A stretch of DNA of 64,000 nt, taken from NCBI GenBank assembly GCA_963843015.1, contig CAWJIR010000012.1, positions 133,422 to 197,421 on the forward strand. Direction: 5' to 3'. Position numbers and translations under genes: made by a program. The notes below the pieces were generated by a model. It had not been told where the DNA came from, made no database searches, and saw only the letters and a program-made list of their open reading frames with translations. Positions within the stretch are counted from its first letter, which is position 1; each line of letters opens with the position of its first letter. This document shows positions 50,140 to 60,236 of the stretch, one piece after another. This DNA comes from an uncultured Chloroflexia bacterium. Lineage in GTDB: Bacteria; Chloroflexota; Limnocylindria; QHBO01.

Positions 50140-51167
50140 ATGGCTTCGTCTGCGTCGAGCCGCCCGGCGCCGACGACCGTCGGCCTGGCGCTGACGACGG
50201 TTACCTGGTCTGGGGATCCACGTATCTCGCCCTGGCCGTCATGATCGAGACGCTGCCGTCCTTCCTGGCGGCAGGGACGCGGTACCTTGCCGCCGGAGCG
50301 TTGCTGCTTGGCGGGTTGGCGATCTGGAACCGCGCGCGTGACCGGCTTCGACCCGCGCTCCGCCGACGCGAGCTGGGCTGGGCCGCGGTAACCGCCGTCC
50401 TGCTGCCGGTGCTCGGCAACGGGGGCGTGGTCCTGTCCCTGGAGCGGATCCCGACCGGCGTCGCGGCTCTGGTCATCGCGACCGAGCCTGTCCTCATCGC
50501 CCTGATGATTGCCGCCATCGACCGCCGGCCGCCGACCCGCGGCGTCCTGTTCGGCGTTGCCGCCGGCGTGGCGGGGATCTTCGTCCTGGTCGCCCCCTGG
50601 AACGGCGTCGAGGCCGTCGATCCGGTGGGCCTCGCGCTCTGCGCGGCGGCCGCGGTGGGATGGTCGGCCGGCTCGGTGCTCACCGCCCGGGTCGAGTGGG
50701 GGGTCCCGGCGCCGGTCGTCGGTGGGTGGCAGATGTTGATGGGCGGGGTCATGCTCCTGGCTCTCGGGGTGGTCGGCGGAGAGCTGGGGGCTGCCGTGGC
50801 GGGAACGGCATCCGCCGCATCGGTCCTGGCCCTTGGCTACCTCATCGTGTTCGGGTCGATCCTCGCCTACAGCGCCTTCACCTGGCTGCTCAGCCACGCG
50901 TCGACGAGCCTGGTGTCGACATTCGCGTTCGTTAATCCCCTCGTCGCGGTGGGGCTGGGAGCCGTGGTGCTGGGGGAGTCGGTCGGGCCACAGACGGCGG
51001 TGGCGGCCGGCCTGATCGTGTTGGCGGTCGTCGCCATCATCGCGAGCGAAGCCCGTGGTGCCGACTCGCGGCGGCCGGCGAAGTCCGGCTCTCGCCTGTC
51101 CAGGGACGCGGCCATCCCCCGACCGGATGGCCATGCGACAGAATGGGTCAATGGACATGAAGCTTGA
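50140..51167 (+). CDS. EamA/DMT-family transporter (frameshift near 50200)
   Basis: ATG at 50140 is followed after the shift by YLVWGSTYLALAVMIETLPSFLAAGTRYLAAG. Ten TM segments, and the second EamA repeat LIVFGSILAYSAFTWLL. Confidence 0.8.
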
Positions 51168-51528
51168 ACTCGTTGCGGTGCCCGTCTCGGACGTGGACCG
51201 CGCAAAGGCGTTCTACGTCGACCAGGTCGGATTCAACGCAGACCATGATCACCGGGTCACCGACGACCTCCGGTTCGTGCAGCTCACGCCGCCCGGATCG
51301 GCCTGCTCGATCGTCATCGGGACCGGGATCACGGACATGACTCCGGGATCGCAGACGGGCCTGCAGGTCGTCGTGGACTCGGTCGAGGATGTCCGCCGGG
51401 AGCTGGGCAGTCGTGGCGTCGAGACAACCGAAATCGACAGGCAACCCTGGGGATGGTTCACGACGTTCACCGACCCTGACGGCAACGTGTGGGCCTGCCA
51501 GGAGATGGTTTCGCCGGAATCGGCCTGA
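51151..51528 (+). CDS. Glyoxalase/bleomycin-resistance/VOC-family protein
   Basis: Intact. MKLELVAVPVSDVDRAKAFYVDQVGFNADHDH...FTDPDGNVWACQE. Confidence 0.8.
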   Translation: MDMKLELVAVPVSDVDRAKAFYVDQVGFNADHDHRVTDDLRFVQLTPPGSACSIVIGTGITDMTPGSQTGLQVVVDSVEDVRRELGSRGVETTEIDRQPWGWFTTFTDPDGNVWACQEMVSPESA

Positions 51529-51547
51529 CGCCGAGACGGCTACCGGA

Positions 51548-52364
51548 TCAGCGTCCCGTGAAGTCGGGCTCCCGCTTCTCGAGGAAGGCGGCCATGCCCT
51601 CCTTCTGGTCCTCGGAGCTGAACAGGAGGTAGAACAGGCGCCGTTCGTGGGCGAGCCCATCGGTCAGGCTCATCTCGTAGGCGGCATTGACCGATTCCTT
51701 CGCCAGCCGAACCGCTAGCGGGGCGCGCTTCGCGATCTCGGCCGCGAGGTGCCAGCGCGTCCTCCACCAGGACCTCGTCGGGGACCACGCGTGAGACGAG
51801 ACCGATGCGCTCGGCCTCGGCGGCGGTGATCGGCTCGCCGAGCAGGATCATCTCCATCGCCTTCGACTTGCCGATGGCCCGCGGCAGCCGCTGGCTGCCG
51901 CCGGCACCGGGCATGACCCCGATCTTGATCTCCGGTTGGCCGAACTCGCGCGCTCTCCGAGGCGATGATCATGTCGAGCGCCATCGCCAGCTCGCAGCCG
52001 CCACCCAGGCACCAGCCGGCGACGGCGGCGATGACCGGCTTGCGTGATCCGGCGGACGCGGTCCCACTGCGCGATCCGGTTGGTGCGGAGCATGTCCATG
52101 GGGCCGGCGCCGGCCATCTCGCTGATGTCCGCGCCCGCGGCGAAGGCCCGGTCGCTGCCCGTCACCACGATGGCCCGGATCCCCTCGTCGCGGTCCAGCG
52201 CCTCGAGCGCCTCGCACAGCGCATCCATGGTCGGGCCGTTCAGCGCGTTCAGCTGCTTCGGCCGGTTGAGCCGAACGAGCGCCACGCGGCGCGCCTCGTC
52301 GCGCTCGACCAGGACCAGGGATTCAGCCTGGGCTCGGTCGCCGCCTCGTCAGGCACGCAAGCAT
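51548..52364 (-). CDS. Enoyl-CoA hydratase (crotonase; at least 4 frameshifts)
   Basis: [80 protein letters not shown], ending ...[16 protein letters not shown]. Confidence 0.8.
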
Positions 52365-52366
52365 CC

Positions 52367-53331
52367 TCAGGGGATGGACTCGAAGACCGTGGGCAGCTGC
52401 GCCGCGCAGGCGGGGCAGTACTCGGCGTACGCGGAGATGCCCGCCTGCCCGCAGTCAGGGCAGATCCGTCCGGCCCCGGCCTGCAGGGCGCGGAGCTCCT
52501 CGTAGCGCGGCGCGCGCTTCTCGTGGAAGGCGGCCACCGCCTCGCGAGTCTCATCGGCGGTGGAGTGGACGGCCAGCCAGTCCCGGGCATGGGGCACGGT
52601 CTGGGCCCAGACCAGGTCCCGCCACCAGTTCAGCTGGGTCTTGGTGTACCGGATCGCCTCGGGCAGCTTGCGGCGCAGGTTCGCGGCCAGGTCGGCGACC
52701 GTGGCGTCCAGCTCGGCGCGGGGCACGACCCGGGAGACGAGGCCCCATTCCAGAGCCTGCGCGGCGGGAATCGGCTCGCACAGCATCAGGATCTCGCGCG
52801 CCCGCCGGTCGCCCACGATCAGCGGCAGCCACTGGGTCGCGCCGCCGGCGGGCACCGACCCGTGCTCCGGGCCGACGTGCCGGATGTAGGTGTCGTCGGC
52901 CATGACCGCCAGGTCGCACGCCATCTGGAGCTCGTTGCCGCCGCCGACACACGCCCCGTTGATTCGGGCGATGACCGGCTTGCCGATGCTTCCGCAGCCG
53001 GTCGTGCATCTCGATGAAGGCGCCCATCCAGCGCCAGTACTGGCCGCTGGTCGAGCCCATCGCCGCCTGCTCGTCGAGGTCGGCGCCGGTGCAGAACGCC
53101 CGATCCCCCGCTCCGGTCACGACGACGCATGAGACGGCGTCGTCCCAGGACGCCTGCTCCCACGCGGCACCCAGCTCGCGCAGGGTCCGGAAGTCGAACG
53201 CGTTCATCACCTGCGGCCGATCGATGGTGACCGTCGCTACCCCGCGGGCGGCATCGCGCTCGTAGTGGATGCGCTCGAATCCCGAGCGTGGCGGGGTCGG
53301 CAGCCGCGACCGGGGCGTCCGGCTCGCTCAT
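52367..53331 (-). CDS. Crotonase-fold enzyme (hydratase/lyase-like) with C-terminal double CxxC zinc ribbon (at least 2 frameshifts)
   Basis: VTIDRPQVMNAFD, VVVTGAGDRAFCTGADL, KPVIARINGACVGGGNELQMACDLAV, TKTQLNWWRDLVW, ...AAFHEKRAPRYEELRALQAGAGRICPDCGQAGISAYAEYCPACAAQLPTVFESIP*. Confidence 0.75.
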
Positions 53332-53334
53332 CGG

Positions 53335-53646
53335 TCAGAACCCTGCGGCATCGTCGACGATCAGCATGGTCACGCCGGCGCCGGCGAAGTTGCGCAGGTC
53401 ACGCCCGCTCTCGACTCCCGGTTCGGAGGCCAGGGCGGCGTCCAGATCGGCGCGGCTGGCGAAGCTCATCTCGGCGATCAGGTAGAACGCCGGATCGCGA
53501 TCCGCCACCCCGTCGGCCCGGGTCAGGCGCAGGTCGAGGAGACCCGGGTAGCGGTTGACGATGGGCGCGTGGACCTGGTGGTAGTGGGCATCGAATGCGG
53601 CCGGGTCCTCGGGCGTCGCGTAGAGGGCGATCAGGCGAGCGGCCAC
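53335..53646 (-). CDS. EthD-family protein
   Basis: GTG at 53646. ARLIALYATPEDPAAFDAHYHQVHAPIVNRYPGLLDLRLTR...AEMSFASRADLDAALAS. Intact. Confidence 0.75.
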   Translation of the reverse strand: MAARLIALYATPEDPAAFDAHYHQVHAPIVNRYPGLLDLRLTRADGVADRDPAFYLIAEMSFASRADLDAALASEPGVESGRDLRNFAGAGVTMLIVDDAAGF

Positions 53647-53659
53647 GCGTGGCGATCGG

Positions 53660-53926
53660 CTACGGCTTGGCGGTGAAGTAGTCGGCGTTGATCTGGATGT
53701 AGTTCGTCCACTGCTCGGGCGTCGCGTCCTCGGCAAAAATCGCGGTCACCGGGCATTCGGGCTCGCATGCGCCGCAGTCGATGCACTCGTCCGGATCGAT
53801 GAAGAACATCGTGTCGTCATCGGTGGCATGGATGCAGTCGACCGGGCAGACATCCACGCACGAGGCGTCCTTGACGCCGATGCACGGCTCGGTAATGACG
53901 TACGTCACGGCTGGCCGATGGTACAC
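53660..53926 (-). CDS. Ferredoxin (FdxA-like, 3Fe-4S/4Fe-4S type)
   Basis: TYVITEPCIGVKDASCVDVCPVDCIH...IDPDECIDCGACEPECPVTAI. The real start may be the internal GTG (VTYVI). Confidence 0.85.
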   Translation of the reverse strand: MYHRPAVTYVITEPCIGVKDASCVDVCPVDCIHATDDDTMFFIDPDECIDCGACEPECPVTAIFAEDATPEQWTNYIQINADYFTAKP

Positions 53927-53990
53927 CGATGCCGGAGAGCCCTTCGGTGGCCGCCCGTGCGGAGGCGCCGATCAGGGTAGAGTCGCGGGC

Positions 53991-54881
53991 ATGGCGCTCC
54001 CCTGGTCGTTCGGCCATCCACCGCTCATCGTCGCGGCCGCCACGCCCATGCGTGATGGCGGGCGAGCGCTGGACGAGGACGCCATCGGACCGATGGTGGC
54101 CTTCCTCGAGGGACACGGCGCCGATGGCGTGTTCTGCTGCGGTACCACCGGCGAGGGCATCCTGCTCGAGACCGATGAACGGCGCGCGGCGACCCGCGCC
54201 TTCCGCGCCGCCACCCGCGGGCAGCTCCTGGTCCACGCCGGGGCCCAGACCACCGCCGAGACAGTCCACCCTGGCGGCCGACGCGGCCGAAGCCGGCGCC
54301 GATGGGGTCGCGGTCATCCCGCCGCCCTACTTCCCGCTCGATCCCGCCGCCCTGGCCGATCACCTGGTCGCCGCGGCATCGGCCTGCGCCCCGCTGCCGT
54401 TCTTCATCTACGTCTTCACGCGCCGCAGCGGGTACCCCTTGCCGGTCGGAGGTCATCACCGCGGTCGCCGAGCGCGCCCCGAACCTGGTCGGCCTCAAGG
54501 TCTCCGAATCGCCGATGGCGGACGTGGCGCCGTACCTCGAGCTGGGCCTCCCGGTCCTGGTGGGCTCCGAACCGCTCATCGTCCCCGCCCTCGCCGCCGG
54601 GGCGGTGGGGACGGTCAGCGGCCTGGCGGCTGCGTTCCCCGACGAGGTCCGTGCCGTCCTCGACAGTCCCGGGCCGGATGGGGAAGCCCGTCTCGAGGCC
54701 CTCCGCCGGGCGATGGAGACGCAGCCCTTCGTGGCATCGGTCAAGCACGTCCTCGGCCGACGCGCGGTGCCCGTCCTGCCCGATGTTCGACGCGCCGCTC
54801 CGTCCGCTGACCTCGGCCGAAATCGGGATCCTCGACGCCGCGCTCGAGGCCCTCGGCGCGCTGGAGCCGTCAGCCGTCTGA
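53991..54881 (+). CDS. Dihydrodipicolinate-synthase/N-acetylneuraminate-lyase family protein (at least 3 frameshifts)
   Basis: ATPMRDGGRALDEDAIGPMVAFLEGHGADGVFCCGTTGEGILLETDERR, GADGVAVIPPPYF, VGLKVSES, GAVGTVSGLAAAFP. Confidence 0.75.
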   Translation: MALPWSFGHPPLIVAAATPMRDGGRALDEDAIGPMVAFLEGHGADGVFCCGTTGEGILLETDERRAATRAFRAATRGQLLVHAGAQTTAETVHPGGRRGRSRRRWGRGHPAALLPARSRRPGRSPGRRGIGLRPAAVLHLRLHAPQRVPLAGRRSSPRSPSAPRTWSASRSPNRRWRTWRRTSSWASRSWWAPNRSSSPPSPPGRWGRSAAWRLRSPTRSVPSSTVPGRMGKPVSRPSAGRWRRSPSWHRSSTSSADARCPSCPMFDAPLRPLTSAEIGILDAALEALGALEPSAV

Positions 54882-54891
54882 GGCGAAACCC

Positions 54892-55993
54892 CTACCCGGT
54901 CACCATCTCTGCGGCGGCCGCTTCCGCCCGGAGCCGCGCGAAACCGGGCTTGATCTGCTCGTTGATGATCCGGATCCGCCCGTCGAAGGGCAGAAACGCG
55001 CTCTTGATCCCGTTCAGGGTCAGCCACTCCATGTCATCCAGGCCGATCCCGAACGACCGCGACATGGCGGCGAACTCATCGGTCAGGCTGATGCCGCTCA
55101 TGAGGCGGTTGTCGGTGTTGACGGTGACCCGGAACCGGAGGCGGCGGAGCTGGTCGATTGGATGCTCCGCGAACGAGCGGACGGCGCCGGTGTGGACGTT
55201 CGATGTCGGGCACATCTCGAGCGGGACGCGCGTGTCACGGATGTAGGCCGACAGCCGACCGAGCTTCACGTGGCCGTCGGGCTGGACGGTGATGTCGTCC
55301 ACGATCCGCACCCCGTGGCCCAGGCGCTCGGCACCGCACCACTGGAGGGCCTCCCAGATCGACGGGAGCCCGAACGCCTCGCCGGCATGGAGGGTGATGT
55401 GGAAGTTCTCGTGCGCGATGAGCTGGAACGCGTCCAGGAAGCGCGTCGGCGGGTAGCCGGCTTCCGGCCCGGCCATGTCGAAGCCGAGCACACCCTCGTC
55501 GCGATGGCGGATGGCCAGCTCGGCGATCTCGACCGCGTGAGACTCCGCCTGGCGGATGGCGCTCAGCAGCAGGCCCATCGTGATGCCTCGCCCTTCGGCG
55601 CCGCGCCGGAATCCCGCCAGCACCGAGGCGACGACCTCGTCATGGGTCATCCCCTTCTGGAGGTGGAGCTCGGGCGCGAAGCGGATCTCGGCGTAGACGA
55701 CGCCGTCGGCCGCGAGGTCCTCCACGCACTCCATCGCCACCCGCTCGAGGGCCTCGGGCGTCTGCATCACGCCGACCGTGTGCGCGAACGCCTCGAGGTA
55801 GAGCTCGAGCGACGAATCCGGCTTGCCCTGGAAGAACCACGCCTCGAGTGCGTCGGGATCGGTGGTGGGCAGGTCGCGATATCCGGTTTCAGCCGCCAGC
55901 TCGATGACCGTCCGGGGGCGCAGGCCCCCGTCGAGATGGTCGTGGAGCAGGACCTTGGGCGCGGCCCGGATGGTCGGCGACGTCCAGGCTCAT
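54892..55993 (-). CDS. add: Adenosine deaminase (at least 1 frameshift near the 5' end)
   Basis: [15 protein letters not shown] (hand-read), [58 protein letters not shown]. Confidence 0.85.
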
Positions 55994-56367
55994 GTCCCCG
56001 TGGCCGCCGCGTCGCGGGCATCGCACCAGTCGCGGACGATCGACCGCAGCTCGTCCGCGGTGGCCTCCGCCTCGTCCAGGTCGGCGATCCGCATGTAGCG
56101 GGCGTGGTCGCCTCCGCCCTCCAGGTGCGGGTGGTCGCCGGGAATCGACGCGCCCTCGTGGAACAGCAGGCTGGCGAAGCGGGTGGCCCGCGGCTGGAAG
56201 CTCATCAGGTTGCCGCGATACACGAACGTGGGCGTGCTCCACTTGATCGTCTCGGTGATCCGCGGATCCGCGTCGAGGACGATCTCGCGGATGCGTGCCA
56301 CGACTTCCTTCATCGGGTTGGTGTAGGCCGCCATCCAGGATTCGACCGCCGGATCGCTGTTCGTCAT
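55990..56367 (-). CDS. DUF1801 (YdhG-like) domain protein
   Basis: Intact 125 aa. MKEVVARIREIVLDADPRITETIKWSTPTFVYRGNL. Confidence 0.7.
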   Translation of the reverse strand: MTNSDPAVESWMAAYTNPMKEVVARIREIVLDADPRITETIKWSTPTFVYRGNLMSFQPRATRFASLLFHEGASIPGDHPHLEGGGDHARYMRIADLDEAEATADELRSIVRDWCDARDAAATGT

Positions 56368-56930
56368 GGGAGCACCTCCGCCGTGGCCGCCTCGTTCATC
56401 TCGAACCGCGACGGCGGAGCGGCGGCCGCCAGGCGGGCGATCTCGGCATCGGTCAGGTCGTACCCGTAGCGGATGGCGGCCACGTTCTCGTCCTGGTAAC
56501 GGTTCGGTAATGAGCCGCGGATGGCCTCCTCGTTGTAGTCGATGCCGGCCAGCTTCAGGAGGCGACCCAGCGCGATCATGTTGCCGAACAGCTCCTTGCC
56601 GAAGTGCTCGGAGCCAAGCGAGGCGAACGGGATCTGCTCGTCCCCGGGCAGGCCCAGGCCCAGGTCGGTCACGACCTTGCGACCGCTGATCCGGAGATGG
56701 CCCCGGTCCGCCAGACGGAGGAGGATGTCCGCCTCCTCGACGACCGGGTTTTCGATCGGGACGTCGTCGAAGATGACGAACGCGTCGGACATCGAGCCGC
56801 GCACCGAGGAGTCGTAGTCGAGCAGGACGGTGACCTGCTTCCCCATCCGGGCCAGCAGGCTGCCGAGGATGCCCGCGATGAGCCGCACGCCCTGTCCCCC
56901 GACCCCGTCGAGCGCGATGCGGGTTGCCAT
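56364..56930 (-). CDS. 2-oxoacid:ferredoxin oxidoreductase, gamma subunit
   Basis: Intact 188 aa. RIALDGVGGQGVRLIAGILG...DYDSSVRGSMS... is typical of the POR/KOR/VOR gamma subunit. Confidence 0.8.
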   Translation of the reverse strand: MATRIALDGVGGQGVRLIAGILGSLLARMGKQVTVLLDYDSSVRGSMSDAFVIFDDVPIENPVVEEADILLRLADRGHLRISGRKVVTDLGLGLPGDEQIPFASLGSEHFGKELFGNMIALGRLLKLAGIDYNEEAIRGSLPNRYQDENVAAIRYGYDLTDAEIARLAAAAPPSRFEMNEAATAEVLP

Positions 56931-56947
56931 GCAGGCCCGTGCGGTCC

Positions 56948-58015
56948 CTAGGACTCGAGCTCGGCCGGGTCGATCCCGGCCTCGCGCAGGGCGTCGGCGA
57001 GCGTCAGCTCGCCCTTCGCGACCGCAGCTTGACCGTCGGGCTCGAGGCGCTGCATGAGCGCCAGCTTCTTCTGGGCCTCGGCGCGCTTGCGCGCCTTCTC
57101 GTCATCGGAGACCGTTGGCCGATCCGCCCGCGGTTCGACCGACCGGGGGCGTTGTCGCGGCCGGCCGCAGCCCCGCCGGCGCCGTTCGTCGGCGCCGGCC
57201 CATCGGTCTGGCCGGTCGAATCCGCCTGGGCGCCATTGGTCCGCTCGGCGTGGCCTTCGGGGTAGAGGATCCCGAGCTCGATTTGGACCAAGCGACTCCG
57301 CGCCCTTCGGCGCGCGCTTGTAGGTCTTCCGGTAGAAGGTGAGCATGTCGTTGGCGTTCGCGAAGCCGATCCGCCGCCCGTTGTTCTCGATGCACTGCGA
57401 GGTGATGTCCACGAACGAGAACCCGTCGTGCTCGATCGCCTCGCGGATCGCGGTCCGCATCTGGGGCTGGTGGTAGACCGTCGTCCGCGCGTACAGCGCG
57501 TGCGGGGAGCTGCGGACGATGCCCTGCAGGTTGATCGGCGTGTTCGGGTTGCCGGCTGGCGACGAGAGCGTCTTCGTCCCGCTCGGCGTGGTGGGCCCGG
57601 TCTGGCCGCCGGTCAGTCCGTAGATCTCGTTGTTGTTGCACAGGACCGTGACCCGGGCGTTGCGCCGGATGGCGTGGATGAGGTGGTTGCCGCCGATCGA
57701 GGCGGTGTCCCCGTCCCCGGCGACCACGATCACGTTCAGCTCCGGACGGACGGTCTTGATGGCCTCCGCCACGGGCAGGGTCCGGCCGTGGAGGGTGTAG
57801 ACCGCGTCGTACTTCATGTAGCTGCCCATCCGCCCGGTGCAGCCGATCCCGGTCACGATCACCGTGTTCGTCTGGTCCAGGCCCAGCTCGTCGAGGACCA
57901 TGGCCAGCTCGATCATGATCGTCCCGATCCCGCAGCCCGGGCACCAGATGGTCGGGAACAGGTCCATCTTCAGCTTGGACTTGAAGTCGAGCTCGGCGAA
58001 GGCGGCCTCGGGCAT
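56948..58015 (-). CDS. 2-oxoacid:ferredoxin oxidoreductase, beta (TPP-binding) subunit with long C-terminal extension (2 frameshifts in the extension)
   Basis: WCPGCGIGTIM, VTGIGCTGRM, VVAGDGDTASIGGNHLIHAIRRN, NNEIYGLTGGQ. After ...FYRKTYKRAPKG there is a Gly/Ala-rich then Lys/Glu-rich tail of about 110 aa ending ...LADALREAGIDPAELES*. Confidence 0.85.
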   Translation of the reverse strand: MPEAAFAELDFKSKLKMDLFPTIWCPGCGIGTIMIELAMVLDELGLDQTNTVIVTGIGCTGRMGSYMKYDAVYTLHGRTLPVAEAIKTVRPELNVIVVAGDGDTASIGGNHLIHAIRRNARVTVLCNNNEIYGLTGGQTGPTTPSGTKTLSSPAGNPNTPINLQGIVRSSPHALYARTTVYHQPQMRTAIREAIEHDGFSFVDITSQCIENNGRRIGFANANDMLTFYRKTYKRAPKGAESLGPNRARDPLPRRPRRADQWRPGGFDRPDRWAGADERRRRGCGRPRQRPRSVEPRADRPTVSDDEKARKRAEAQKKLALMQRLEPDGQAAVAKGELTLADALREAGIDPAELES

Positions 58016-58018
58016 GGC

Positions 58019-59153
58019 TCAGCCGATCCCCAGCGGGGCGCGGTCGGCCCGCTCGGCGGGTGCCGGCGGGACGGGCGGCTCGTCCGGGCCGTCGCCCAGG
58101 ACGCGGGCCAGGCCGGCGTTCACCGCCTCGACGCTGATCCGGCCGCCGAGCAGCGGGACGCGCTTCACCTCGCGCCGCAGGGCGAGCTCGGCCATGTCGG
58201 CGTACTGCCCGTCGTTGGCCTCCACGGCCACGATCGTGTCGTAGCGGTCGGCGATGGCGCGCAGCTCATCGGTCAGCATGGGGTGGATGCGGATCGGCCG
58301 GAACAGGGCGTAGTCCGCCGCCAGGGGCGCGGCCACGCGGGACACGATGCCGTAGCCGATGATCAGCGTCTTCGCGTCGGTGTTCCAGCCGTGCTGGTAC
58401 AGGGCGTACCGGTCGGCAACCTCCCGGTGGCGGTGCTTGGCGGCGTAGTACTGGCGCAGGTACTCGTCCGCGTCAGCGGTGGCGGGCTCGCCGGCATTCG
58501 GCCCGTGCTCGTACATGAGGACGCCGGCGAAGAACCGGGGTTCTGCGACCTCGGTTGCCAATGGCGCCAGGTCGCGGGGAACAGCGCTGACCCCGGCTTC
58601 CAGCTCGTCGAGGTCGACGACCTCGTTCAGGTGCGCGACGAAGGTGTCCGAGAGCAGGACGACCGGTGAGCGGGACTCCTCCGCCGCGTTGAAGGCGGCC
58701 ACGGCCAGGGAGAAGGCCTCCGGCACCGAGTTCGGGTAGAACGCGATGGGCGTGTAGTCGCCGCTGCTCCCGTACCGCACCTGGAGGATGTCGCCCTGCC
58801 CGGGCATGGTGGGCATGCCGGTGGCGGGGCCGACGCGCTGAACGTCGACGAAGACGCTCGGGCACCCCGACCTTCTGCGCGTAGCCGATGGCTTCCTGCA
58901 TGAGGCTGAACCCCGGGCCGCTGGTGGCGGTGAAGGCCTTGGCCCCGGCCAGCGAGGCCCCGATGACCGCGTTCGCGCTGGCGATCTCGTCCTCGGCCTG
59001 GAGGAAGCCGAACTCCGGGTGCTCGGCCGCCCAGCCCGAGGCGATGTTCAGGATCTCGGTGGACGGGCTGATGGGGTAGCCGGCGTAGTACGAGGCCCCG
59101 GCGGCAATCGCCCCCCGGAAGACCGCCTCGTTTCCCTGGACCAGGCGGCGCAT
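58019..59153 (-). CDS. 2-oxoacid:ferredoxin oxidoreductase, alpha subunit (frameshift near 58860)
   Basis: MRRLVQGNEAVFRGAIAAGASYYAGYPISPSTEI...FLQAEDEIASANAVIGASLAGAKAFTATSGPGFSLMQE (ORF 58473..59153) continues as MPTMPGQGD...PVVLLSDTFVAH (ORF 58019..58816). Confidence 0.85.
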
Positions 59154-59157
59154 CGGT

Positions 59158-59499
59158 CTAGCCCTCGTCTCCCGGCCCAGTGGCGGATTCGCCGACCGCG
59201 GCCGCCGTGTCGCCCTTCGCCGCGTACGCGGCGATGGCCGCCGGAATCATCTCGATCGCCAGGTCGGGGCAGTAGCGCTCACACAGGCCACAAAGGATGC
59301 AGTTCTCCTCCTCGAGGATGGCGTCGTCGCGCAGGACGAGCGTCCCCTTGGGGCAGATATCGACGCAGATATCGCACCGCTTGCAGAAGACCGGGTTCCA
59401 GCTGATGTTCTGGTAGTCGATCCAGCGCACGCCGTCCTGGTGGCCGGCGGAGGTGCCGGTCCCGAAATCGAGGGCGGTGGACACCCGGTCGGTGCTCAT
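59158..59499 (-). CDS. 2-oxoacid:ferredoxin oxidoreductase, delta (2x[4Fe-4S] ferredoxin) subunit
   Basis: ATG at 59499. CKRCDICVDICP...CILCGLCERYCP. Intact. Confidence 0.8.
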   Translation of the reverse strand: MSTDRVSTALDFGTGTSAGHQDGVRWIDYQNISWNPVFCKRCDICVDICPKGTLVLRDDAILEEENCILCGLCERYCPDLAIEMIPAAIAAYAAKGDTAAAVGESATGPGDEG

Positions 59500-59587
59500 G
59501 GGGGGACCGATGATAGTCGCGCGGCGATCCGCTCGGACAGAAACGAGCCCCGGCCTTCCGGCCGGGGCTCGTTGGACGGCGCGAGTC

Positions 59588-60123
59588 CTAGTCCGGGACC
59601 GGGCCTCGGATCTCGCCCCCGGGGAAGTCACCGGGGCCGGTGTTCGGTGGTGCCACTCCGTCGTCGGTGTGGACGTTGACGTAGGCGTTGTTGGCCTCGA
59701 TTTCGGCGATCAGCGCCGACATCGGCTGACCGGCAAGGGGGCCGATGAAGTCGGCCGCGGTGAAGGACCCCGTCGACGAGAACGCCATCCTGCGCTCCGC
59801 CTCCGGCGGCACAGGTCCGAAGAGGAACACGGTGACGGGCCCGTTCACGCCAGGCGGACCGATATGGATGTGGGCCTGACGGACGTTGTCGATGTTGGAG
59901 GCGATGAGGATGTACGACATCGTCAACCCGTCTGGGCTGAGCTGGAGCTTGGCCAGGCCGCGGGCGTTGGTGTCGCTGGCTGGGAACCTCGTTGGCAGCC
60001 GACAGTGGGACGGTGAAGTTCCTCGGCGGACCGATGGCAACCGCCGTCGAGGCGGCACAGCAGCAAGAGGCCGGCAGTCGCCATGACGATCGTGGCGCGC
60101 CGGCTGACCGGGAACTTGGGCAT
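59588..60123 (-). CDS. Secreted CHRD-domain protein (at least 2 frameshifts near the 5' end)
   Basis: ATG at 60123 follows GGAGGG. Signal MPKFPVSRRATIVMATAGLLLLC. The CHRD signature is QAHIHIGPPGVNGPVTVFL...AYVNVHTDDGVAPPNTGPGDFPGGEIRG. Confidence 0.75.
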
Positions 60124-60236
60124 GCGGAACCCTCCGTTGATCGGGTATAGATGGCTACTCCGGTTGGCTCCGAAGGGTTCACCGATCGGGCCAGCTGGTT
60201 CCGGTGCACCGTGCGCACCGGCGCTGACCGGTCGGA

